Made by a program: the position numbers and the translations under genes. The notes beneath the pieces were generated by a model, which ran no database searches, was not told the DNA's origin, and was given only the letters and a program-made list of their open reading frames with translations. A DNA stretch of 53,017 nt, from positions 1 through 53,017 of the forward strand of contig JAGCGH010000032.1 of the NCBI GenBank assembly GCA_017649705.1, written 5' to 3'. Position 1 is the first letter of the stretch. Every line of letters starts with the position of its first letter. The stretch is from a bacterium. Lineage in GTDB: Bacteria > Auribacterota > UBA3054. Positions 9,410-17,459 of this stretch are shown here, in pieces.

Positions 9410-10304
9410 AACGTCGGACATAAACTTACTCGCGAAAGCGGCGAAAGCGGGCTTCCTGGCCCTCGCAGCGCTTCTTTTGGCCTCCTGCGCCCCCAGGGCG
9501 GAGGAGAATGTCGACATCTACGTTTCCATACCGCCTCTGCTGCCCTTCGCCCAGAGACTGGCCGGCCCCGACGTAAAATGCGAAAGCTTCATGCCCTCCG
9601 GCGCCAACCCCCATTCCTATGAGCCTTCCCCCAGGAAAGGATCGGGCTACTACGCTTCGAAACTTTTCATCATGACAGGGCTGCCCTTCGAGCAGGAGCT
9701 CGTCAAAAGGACGGCCAAGGGCAAAGGCCCCGAAGTTTTGGATCTCTTCCACGCCGTTTACAAGGAAGAGGACCACGACGAAGATCACGATCACGACCAT
9801 GACCACGAAGAGCATCACGGACATCACCACGACCCGCACATCTGGCTCTCGCCAAAACTGATGCTGCAAATGGTCGGCCTTATGGCGGAGAAGATAGAGA
9901 CGCTCTATCCCGAAAAGAAGGCAGAGATAGAAAAAAGGAAGGAAGAGCTTGAAGCTGAGCTCGCCGCCTTCGATGAGGAACTGAAAGAAACTTTCGAAAA
10001 CGGTCCCAAGACTTTCCTGACCTTCCATCCCGCCTATTCCTGCTTCGCCTGCGATTACGGCCTCACTGAGATCGCCGTGGAGAAAGAAGGTTCCGAACCG
10101 ACGCCCAAAAGCCTGGCGGAATCTCTCAGAAAAGCCGGCGAAGAAAAACTGAATTATCTCATCATCCAGCCCGGCCTGAACGAAAGGCTCGCCAGCCACA
10201 TCGCCAGATCCGCCGATCTTAAGATCATAAAAAGGGACGCCCTTTCCACCAACTACTACGGCGAACTGAGAGCCCTTGCCAAAAACATAAAGGGGGAGGA
10301 ATAA
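9402..10304 (+). CDS. znuA: Zn/Mn ABC transporter substrate-binding lipoprotein
   Basis: Lipobox LLASC, NPHSYEP, His/Asp-rich loop, DPHIWLSP, FHPAY. Confidence 0.9.
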   Translation: MLRTSDINLLAKAAKAGFLALAALLLASCAPRAEENVDIYVSIPPLLPFAQRLAGPDVKCESFMPSGANPHSYEPSPRKGSGYYASKLFIMTGLPFEQELVKRTAKGKGPEVLDLFHAVYKEEDHDEDHDHDHDHEEHHGHHHDPHIWLSPKLMLQMVGLMAEKIETLYPEKKAEIEKRKEELEAELAAFDEELKETFENGPKTFLTFHPAYSCFACDYGLTEIAVEKEGSEPTPKSLAESLRKAGEEKLNYLIIQPGLNERLASHIARSADLKIIKRDALSTNYYGELRALAKNIKGEE

Positions 10305-11053
10305 TGGCCGACGTCATCATGAGATTCGAAGGCGTCACCTTCGGCTACGGACCGCACCTGGTCCTCGACGACGTCTCCTTCTCCATCAGAGCCGGAGAAT
10401 ACGTCGGCATCGTGGGCCCCAACGGCGGCGGCAAGACCACCCTTCTGAAACTGGTCCTCGGACTTCTGAAACCTCAGAAAGGGAAAATAACGCTTTTCGG
10501 CAAAGACCCGGAGGAGACCAGGTCCCGCATCGGCTACGTTCCCCAGTATTTCAACGTGGACAGGCAGTTCCCCATCAACGTGGCGGCGCTTATTGAAGCC
10601 GGTCTTCTGAACCGCCGTGGCTTCCTGCCCATGAGCAAAAAGGAAGCCAGGGAAAAGATCGCCGAGGCTTTGAAAAGCGTTTACCTGGACGGCTACCAGA
10701 CCAGGGCCGTAGGGGAGCTCTCCGGCGGAGAGCTGCAGCGCGTCCTCATAGCGAGAGCCCTTGTCTCCAGCCCGGAGATACTGCTTCTGGACGAGCCCAC
10801 CGCCAACGTTGACCCCGCGGTGGGAATCAGCCTTTACGGCCTTTTCCAGGAACTCAACAAGGACCACACCATCATCATCGTTTCCCACGACATCGGCTTC
10901 GTGACTTCCAGCGTCACTTCCATTCTCTGCCTCAACGAGAAACTCTACCAGCACGACGGCTCGAAGCTTACTCCGGAAGTCATAGAATCCCTTTACGGCG
11001 GACACGTCCATCTTGTGAACCACTGCCACCACTGCCACGGGGAGGAGGAATAA
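10304..11053 (+). CDS. znuC: metal ABC transporter ATPase
   Basis: GPNGGGKT, LSGGELQR, LLDEP, His/Cys tail HCHHCH. Confidence 0.92.
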   Translation: MADVIMRFEGVTFGYGPHLVLDDVSFSIRAGEYVGIVGPNGGGKTTLLKLVLGLLKPQKGKITLFGKDPEETRSRIGYVPQYFNVDRQFPINVAALIEAGLLNRRGFLPMSKKEAREKIAEALKSVYLDGYQTRAVGELSGGELQRVLIARALVSSPEILLLDEPTANVDPAVGISLYGLFQELNKDHTIIIVSHDIGFVTSSVTSILCLNEKLYQHDGSKLTPEVIESLYGGHVHLVNHCHHCHGEEE

Positions 11054-11853
11054 TGCAGATCGATCCCTTCCTTCTGAAAGCTCTCCTGGCGGGACTTTTG
11101 ATCTCTTTAGCCTGCGGCATCGTGGGCAGCCTCGTGGTGGTCAGAAGACTGACCTTCATCACCGGCGGCATCGCCCACGCCGTTTTGGGCGGCGTCGGCG
11201 TGGCGCTCTTCTTTAACATCGCCCCCGTCTGGGGCATCTTCATCAGTGGACAGCTGGCCGCCCTTGTTTTGGGCATCGTCAGCAGAAGAGTCAAGCGCTA
11301 CGAGGAGCCCATTATCGCGGCTCTCTGGTCCATCGGCATGGCCCTGGGCGTTCTTTTGGCCGCGCTCTCCCCGGGCTATCAGAGCGATCTGATGAGCTAC
11401 CTTTTCGGCAACATACTGCTGATCTCTCCCTACGACATCCTGAACGTCGTTATCCTGGACGCCGTCATCATCCTCATCACCGCCCTTTTCTACAAGCCCC
11501 TCCGCATCGTGTGCTTCGATGAGGAATACGCCACCCTTAGAGGACTTCCCACGGATTTCTTCTATCTGCTTCTGCTTTCCCTCATTGCCCTCACCGTCAT
11601 CTGCGTCATGCGCGTGGTGGGTCTCATCATGGTCATCGCCCTGATGGCGCTGCCGCCCACCATGATGCTCAGGCACACCAACCGCCTCCACATCGTCATG
11701 CTGGGCTCCTCTCTTATCAGCGCCGCCCTCATAGCCGCCGGTCTTCTCATATCTTTCCGCTTCGACTGGCCCTCCGGCGCGACCATCGTGCTTCTCACAG
11801 GACTGGTCTTCCTGCTTAAGATCATCATCTCCGAACTCCGCGCCAAAGCCTGA
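11053..11853 (+). CDS. znuB: metal ABC transporter permease (ABC-3)
   Basis: GIAHAVLGG, SYLFGNIL, FDEEYA, PSGATIV. Confidence 0.92.
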   Translation: MQIDPFLLKALLAGLLISLACGIVGSLVVVRRLTFITGGIAHAVLGGVGVALFFNIAPVWGIFISGQLAALVLGIVSRRVKRYEEPIIAALWSIGMALGVLLAALSPGYQSDLMSYLFGNILLISPYDILNVVILDAVIILITALFYKPLRIVCFDEEYATLRGLPTDFFYLLLLSLIALTVICVMRVVGLIMVIALMALPPTMMLRHTNRLHIVMLGSSLISAALIAAGLLISFRFDWPSGATIVLLTGLVFLLKIIISELRAKA

Positions 11854-11900
11854 AAAAACCAGGCTAAAATGGTATAATATAAGCCGAATAAAAGGCCTTT

Positions 11901-12452
11901 ATGACGCAAAGAGAAATAGACGCAGCCAGCCTTGAAAAGGCTAAAAAAATATTCGAAACAGGCGAAGTTTACGGTTTTGAGACCGGGACCGTCGCCGGGC
12001 TTTGCGCCATTCATTCCGCGCTTTTCAAAGGCCTTTACGACTTTGCCGGCCAGATAAGGAAACTCAACATTTCCAAAGGCAATTTGCGTTTTGCCAACGC
12101 TCTTTATCTTTCCCGGATCCTTCCGGTCATTGAAAAAATGCCCGAAGACACTTTCGATGATATCGTAAAAAAATATGTTGAAATGAACATCGCGCATCCC
12201 TTTATGGAAGGCAACGGCCGGGCCGCGCGCATCTGGCTCGACATGATCCTGAAAAAGCGGCTGGGAAAAGTCGTCAACTGGAGCCTCATTGAAAAAGACC
12301 AGTACCTTTCCGCCATGGAAAGAAGCCCCGTCAACGACCTTGAGATCAAAACACTTTTAAACAAAGCTTTGACCACCGAAACGGCCAGCCGGGAATTAAT
12401 TATGAAAGGCTTGGAACGTTCCTACTATTACGAAGGCTTGGAACCAAAATAA
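11901..12452 (+). CDS. fic: Fic-family adenylyltransferase, class III (C-terminally autoinhibited)
   Basis: [12 protein letters not shown] catalytic motif and C-terminal SYYYEG inhibitory motif; extended -10 TGGTATAAT at 11870-11878. Confidence 0.92.
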   Translation: MTQREIDAASLEKAKKIFETGEVYGFETGTVAGLCAIHSALFKGLYDFAGQIRKLNISKGNLRFANALYLSRILPVIEKMPEDTFDDIVKKYVEMNIAHPFMEGNGRAARIWLDMILKKRLGKVVNWSLIEKDQYLSAMERSPVNDLEIKTLLNKALTTETASRELIMKGLERSYYYEGLEPK

Positions 12453-12469
12453 ACAGGGAGGGAGATCCT

Positions 12470-12679
12470 ATGCGTTTGATCATAGACAGAATCGAAGAAA
12501 ACGTCATCGTGGCGGAACTGCCGAACATGAAGACCGTAAACCTGCCTCTTGCCGTCGCCCCCAACGCGAAGGAAGGGGACTACCTTCAGATCTCGCTCAT
12601 AAGAAAAGAGAAGCGCAAAAGATCCAAGCTGGCTCAGGAGATCGCGGATCTGGAAGCCGAGCTCCGGGAAAAAGACTAA
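12470..12679 (+). CDS. DUF3006-like small protein
   Basis: IIDRIEENVIVAE..LP....PNAKEGDYL pattern; strong RBS GGGAGGGAG. Confidence 0.75.
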   Translation: MRLIIDRIEENVIVAELPNMKTVNLPLAVAPNAKEGDYLQISLIRKEKRKRSKLAQEIADLEAELREKD

Positions 12680-12699
12680 ACGCAAAGCCACCTTTCCTT

Positions 12700-12742
12700 A
12701 CACAAACTCCGCCATGACGATGTTGGCGAGTTCAACGCCGCG
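12700..12742. repeat. left direct repeat (att-like): displaced copy of the hemW 3' end
   Basis: ACACAAACTCCGCCATGACGATGTTGGCGAGTTCAACGCCGCG is identical to 19752-19794; minus strand reads RGVELANIVMAEFV then TAA (12698-12700). Confidence 0.97.
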
Positions 12743-12777
12743 AGCATCGGAGAAAAACATCAATTTGCCTTCACAAT

Positions 12778-12806
12778 TTGACAGCCTTTGCTATTTATGA
12801 GAAAAT
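12778..12806 (+). promoter_or_regulatory. putative sigma70 promoter of island operon
   Basis: TTGACA(12778-12783)-17 bp-GAAAAT preceded by TG; RBS GGAGG before ATG 12831. Confidence 0.55.
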
Positions 12807-12830
12807 ATGTTTAAAAATCGGAGGCACGAT

Positions 12831-14831
12831 ATGCGCAACATTCTCAAAATGTTATTTCTCATTTCTTTGATGACTTTCTGCATCTTTGCAAGTGAAGAAA
12901 TACCAGGGTCTATCAACGCCGACACCCTCCAGGGCCTCACCTCTTTTGCTTTCATGACCACCAACGACTTTGAAACTATCAAAGTCACAATAGAAAAACT
13001 CAAAAGCAGCGCCGAAGCCTGTGCCGACAGCATAGTGGACCTCCAGCTGGGGCTTTCATCCTTAAACCACGAGGAACGCCTCGTAAGGGAAAAAGACCTC
13101 AATAAGATCATTGAAGACTATTCCAAAATCAGTTCCGAACTAGTCATATCCAGCGTAGAAAACCAAGGCGACAGGACAGACGATATACAAGCTTTGCAAG
13201 CCGCTCTTGAAGCTCTTGAAGCGGAACTAACCTCTCTTCAGAATTACGTCCATAAATATCTTGGTCATCTTAAATCAGAAGAAGAAACATGGTATTTCAC
13301 CATAGACGGCGCTCTTCTTGGAACAAACGCGAGCATGGTCGCCACTCCTTCCTCAATAAGTAGCACAGTGCTTATAGGCCAGACTTTCCAGGTCAAAAAC
13401 AACTCAAACATCAGAAAGATCAAGATCAAGGCGGAATTATCCGCTCCTCCCTATAACTGCGTATTCCTTTCTCCTTACAGCCCAACCATTACTACAAACA
13501 CATTTGTTTACGCTAGTTCCGCAATAAATGAAGGCAATAACATTTATTCGTATAATTTCAACGATTATCCTGTTTCCACAAATTCCATTTATATATTCGG
13601 CGTAAGAGGAAGGAACTCCTACTCCCAGATCTGCCTGAACAAATGCAATGATGCTTACACCGGAGCGACCAACTGCCTCTGGCTCGGCACAGGCAGCAGG
13701 TACAGCTTAGACGCTCTCTCCGAGTTTGATCTGACCGCACAGCCTAATTGGGACCTTTGCTTCGACATAAGTTTTACGAGTATAACCAATCTCATCGTCA
13801 GCAAAGACGGTATCGAGATAAAGAACGACGCCAGTTTAAAAATAAATGATCAGGAAGCAGCAACTGTTCCTGAAGTAAACGCCAGGATAATGGAAGCCAG
13901 CCAAAGCATATATCAGTCCATAAGCAATCACGTCTTCGGAACGACATCCATAGCGAACGGCTCCATCACTTCCGATAAACTAGCCAACAACGCTGTAACA
14001 GCGGCCAAAATAGGAACCAACGCAGTTACGACCATTAAAATATCCAATGGCGCGATAACTGAAAGCAAAATAGATACCGGCGCGGTAACTGAAAACAAAA
14101 TAGCACTTGGAGCCGTCACAACAGCCAAGATAGACAACGAAGCTGTAACGACAAGCAAAATAGCGGATAGTTCCATAACCGAAAGCAAACTGTCCACCAA
14201 CTCTGTTTCCACTGCAATAATAAAAGACAATGCTATAACCGCCGCCAAAATAAACAATGGCGCAATAAACGGGAACAAGATACAATCTAACGCCATCGCT
14301 TCTTCCCACATATCAGCTCATGCGATAACGGCTGAAAAACTAGCTGCAAATTCAATCCAATTGTCCCATTTTACGGAATTCCTTAAGAGCAATTTGGTTT
14401 TATCTTCAGGCGGCTCAGTAACAGGCAAATTAGAAGTAACAGATTTCATATTTAGAAATTCTGGCGATTGGCATATTGGTACGGAAACAAATCGGACCGA
14501 TTTGATTATTGACAATCAAGAAGGAAATATTGCGACACTTGATGGCGATTTAAATTTAATTGCAAACGGAGAAAACAAAAGCATCAAAGCATTAAGTTTT
14601 CTTCAAATAAATTATCCGGGACAATGCGGAAAATTAGTGATCCCTGCTGGGGACACTTATGCAATTATTTGCGAGACTTTATCTCCAAATGCCGTTATAA
14701 ACATTACGCCAGCCCAAGATACTTTACTTAGATATTGGGTTGATATAGATATTTCAGGACAAGCCACAATCAATATTTCAGACACATGTAATACTAATCT
14801 GTATTTTTACTATTCCATACTGAAAAAATAA
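12831..14831 (+). CDS. secreted phage-tail-fibre-like repeat protein
   Basis: Signal peptide, NADTLQG motif, coiled-coil (IQALQAALEALEAELTSLQ), 14 tandem 10-aa repeats of the IxxxAVTxxK type, C-terminal beta domain; start chosen from RBS (ORF track start 12807). Confidence 0.75.
   Translation: MRNILKMLFLISLMTFCIFASEEIPGSINADTLQGLTSFAFMTTNDFETIKVTIEKLKSSAEACADSIVDLQLGLSSLNHEERLVREKDLNKIIEDYSKISSELVISSVENQGDRTDDIQALQAALEALEAELTSLQNYVHKYLGHLKSEEETWYFTIDGALLGTNASMVATPSSISSTVLIGQTFQVKNNSNIRKIKIKAELSAPPYNCVFLSPYSPTITTNTFVYASSAINEGNNIYSYNFNDYPVSTNSIYIFGVRGRNSYSQICLNKCNDAYTGATNCLWLGTGSRYSLDALSEFDLTAQPNWDLCFDISFTSITNLIVSKDGIEIKNDASLKINDQEAATVPEVNARIMEASQSIYQSISNHVFGTTSIANGSITSDKLANNAVTAAKIGTNAVTTIKISNGAITESKIDTGAVTENKIALGAVTTAKIDNEAVTTSKIADSSITESKLSTNSVSTAIIKDNAITAAKINNGAINGNKIQSNAIASSHISAHAITAEKLAANSIQLSHFTEFLKSNLVLSSGGSVTGKLEVTDFIFRNSGDWHIGTETNRTDLIIDNQEGNIATLDGDLNLIANGENKSIKALSFLQINYPGQCGKLVIPAGDTYAIICETLSPNAVINITPAQDTLLRYWVDIDISGQATINISDTCNTNLYFYYSILKK
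13950..14369 (+). repeat. 14 x 30-bp degenerate coding tandem repeat
   Basis: IANGSITSDK LANNAVTAAK IGTNAVTTIK ISNGAITESK IDTGAVTENK IALGAVTTAK IDNEAVTTSK IADSSITESK ... LAANSIQLSH. Confidence 0.9.
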
Positions 14832-14843
14832 AGAACAATCCTC

Positions 14844-16304
14844 ATGAGAAAAAATATTATAAATATTGTAATAGTATTGTTGTTTATATTTGCATCAGCT
14901 TATGTTGAGGCTGAGGTAATTTCACCTCTTCTTCGTTGTTTAAGGTTTGATTTAAATCATATGATAGATGACGTAACCATTCATAGTTCTGTAAATCTTG
15001 ATAATGACGATTGGATAACTATAAATAAAGATGAAAATATGTTTTATTTTATTGCAGACAATGATAATGAAAATCTTGAAAATAAATTTTTGGTTAGTTA
15101 CAGCGGGACTTGGCCAACACCGGAAGCTCATCAGGATCCACATACATTTCAATATGAGCCCCAAATGAACGGTTATATTTATTGCCAATGGGATGTAACT
15201 AACGGCACGCCGGTTGAAGCTGATCAAACAATTACCAACCGTATTTTACGCTCGTATGAAGGTATTCAAATGGATAACGATGTTGACATCTATACATTTT
15301 TACCAACCAATAGTGTTTATTGCATAGAAATGCCTGTAAATTCACGTGTGACAATGTCAATAGACTTAAACATGTCTGATTTTTCAAATATAAGTTTTGA
15401 ATGTACAACAAATGTTCATAACTGTTCGCAAGGTTTTACTAAAAGATGCTATAAAGATGATTGGATAATTGGCGAAAAATATTATATAAAACTCTACTGC
15501 TCAAACAGCAACGATTATTATGAGGCTGATCAAAATTATATTTTTACAATTAGAAATGTACAACCTGTTGTGTTGATTCACGGAATAAATTCGCATCCGA
15601 CATTTCCTGGAGATCCCGAAACAGCATTTTTAGAAATAAAAAGAGTTTTACCACATGCAGATGATCTTCGTCCAATAGTTTTTTTTGACTTTCCTTGGAA
15701 TCCCAAAAACACAAAATATGACCAATATATAGGTGAAAACAATTTGGATAAAAATATATTGTATGGTTATATTTATGATATTTTCATTAACTACAAATTA
15801 AAACCAATTGTTTTTTCTCATTCAATGGGAGGAATATTAATTGTTTGTCAAATAGAAGAAAGAGAAAGCATTGTAAGTCTAATTAGGAATTATGTGTTTT
15901 TTGGTACGCCTTTTTGCGGCTCCGATGCTGCTTCTTATCCGTTCGCTGGATTTTTTTCAAACACTTCTAGCGATAACATTGACCGTTTAAGAAGAGGGAC
16001 CAAGGATGTGTGGGTTTTTATGAGCAAAATACCTACAAGTTTTTTAAATTCCTATTCAACTTTTTTTATAGGAACAGATAATATTTTACGAGGAAAAGAT
16101 TATGGAATTAGTTGGCATAAAAATGGCGGAAAAGATTGTGATGGTGTTGTTTCTATATCATCAGCCAATTTATCCGGGACAATGCATAGGTCAAACGAAC
16201 GCATAAAAGTTAACTATAATCATACCGAAATGAAAGAACTAGTGTTTCCACTTTCGGGTGATTATTTAGATATATACAATAAATTAAAAAGTCATATTAA
16301 TTGA
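14844..16304 (+). CDS. secreted alpha/beta hydrolase (lipase/PGAP1-like) with N-terminal PPC-like domain
   Basis: Signal peptide; PVVLIHGI oxyanion motif, SHSMGG nucleophile elbow, GTPFCGS, DGVVS, terminal H (NHTEM); PPC-like DVDIYTF..GEKYYIKL..NYIFTI. Confidence 0.8.
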   Translation: MRKNIINIVIVLLFIFASAYVEAEVISPLLRCLRFDLNHMIDDVTIHSSVNLDNDDWITINKDENMFYFIADNDNENLENKFLVSYSGTWPTPEAHQDPHTFQYEPQMNGYIYCQWDVTNGTPVEADQTITNRILRSYEGIQMDNDVDIYTFLPTNSVYCIEMPVNSRVTMSIDLNMSDFSNISFECTTNVHNCSQGFTKRCYKDDWIIGEKYYIKLYCSNSNDYYEADQNYIFTIRNVQPVVLIHGINSHPTFPGDPETAFLEIKRVLPHADDLRPIVFFDFPWNPKNTKYDQYIGENNLDKNILYGYIYDIFINYKLKPIVFSHSMGGILIVCQIEERESIVSLIRNYVFFGTPFCGSDAASYPFAGFFSNTSSDNIDRLRRGTKDVWVFMSKIPTSFLNSYSTFFIGTDNILRGKDYGISWHKNGGKDCDGVVSISSANLSGTMHRSNERIKVNYNHTEMKELVFPLSGDYLDIYNKLKSHIN

Positions 16305-16309
16305 TAATT

Positions 16310-17455
16310 ATGATAAACAAATTGTTATTTTTTGTGATAATAACCTGTAATTTAATTTACGGTTTATATGAAATAGAATATAACGCCGCTATTGAAATCC
16401 AGGAGATCTTGGACAATAATATTGATGATTATAAATTGCAATATAATTTGGATGATAAAGATCCAATATCTTGGAATAATTTTTCTTATAATAATTCAGA
16501 AAAACAAGGAAATATTAAATATCTTGCCTCCGGTTTATTTATTGACTCTGTTTTAACAAGCAAAAGCGTTGCATTAAGATTGGTAAATAATTTTAACGTT
16601 AGCGATGTTCATTATATTAACATTGTTCCAGAACTTACTACATTTATTAAAATATCCTTAAAGAATGGCACTAATTTTTCATCTCAAGTATATTCAAGAC
16701 ATACTAATAATTTGCCATATAGTGAAATCTATTTTCATGTAAAACCTAAAAATAATTTTTGGGTAAATTTGATAAGATTAATATTTCCTTATATGTATGA
16801 TTTGCTGACACCTAATTCTATCATGAATTTTACTTGGGAACTTATTAATTGTGATATTGAAAATGCAAGTTTGTTTTTAATAATTTTAAATGACAACGAC
16901 ACCATTTTGTCAAAAACAAACGTGACTGGTTTGTCTGGGTATAGCATTAATATGTCTGAGGATGTTTTCCCGTGCGGAAAATATTGGTGGATGATAAGCG
17001 TAGAGGATAACATCGATTGCATTATTTGCTCGGAAAAAAGATGCTTTTATATTTCTAATAGTGTTGATTCTGATTCGGATGGTTACAACGATACAGTGGA
17101 AATTGCCAGAGATTCCAATCCTTATGATCGTGGGGATATTCCATTGATAATAATTTCCGATCCTGTTTGTTCAAATTCGTATTATGGTCAGCAGTATTAC
17201 AACATTTTGAAAGTTAATGACGAGCAAAATAGGGTTTATTGGAACGCTCCAGGTATTCTTCCTTCGGGTTTGATATTGTCTCAAGAAGGAGTTTTGTTTG
17301 GCATTCCAAGAGAAAACGGAGTTTTCCTTTTTGATGTCGAGGTTTTAAACGAAATTGGGAAAAGAGACATAAAGAGATTTTATATGAATATAAAAGATCC
17401 TAATCAGTCTCAAATAAAAAGCGGCGTGGGAGCTTACACTAACAAGGAGAATTAA
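16310..17455 (+). CDS. secreted Fn3/Ig-like domain protein with acidic Ca-binding-type repeat
   Basis: Hydrophobic N-terminus; FTW..PCGKYWWMISVED (Fn3-like); DSDSDGYND; LPSGLILSQEGVLFGIPRENGVF (He_PIG-like Ig). Confidence 0.65.
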   Translation: MINKLLFFVIITCNLIYGLYEIEYNAAIEIQEILDNNIDDYKLQYNLDDKDPISWNNFSYNNSEKQGNIKYLASGLFIDSVLTSKSVALRLVNNFNVSDVHYINIVPELTTFIKISLKNGTNFSSQVYSRHTNNLPYSEIYFHVKPKNNFWVNLIRLIFPYMYDLLTPNSIMNFTWELINCDIENASLFLIILNDNDTILSKTNVTGLSGYSINMSEDVFPCGKYWWMISVEDNIDCIICSEKRCFYISNSVDSDSDGYNDTVEIARDSNPYDRGDIPLIIISDPVCSNSYYGQQYYNILKVNDEQNRVYWNAPGILPSGLILSQEGVLFGIPRENGVFLFDVEVLNEIGKRDIKRFYMNIKDPNQSQIKSGVGAYTNKEN

Positions 17456-17459
17456 TAAT

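Noticed and set aside
9770-9835. GACCAC-type microrepeat in znuA as a phase-variation tract
   Set aside because: Encodes the normal His/Asp-rich loop of ZnuA-type proteins; in frame and degenerate.
13950-14369. CRISPR-like 30-bp periodicity
   Set aside because: Degenerate coding repeats without conserved repeat/unique spacer alternation; no cas genes. No CRISPR array was seen anywhere in the window.
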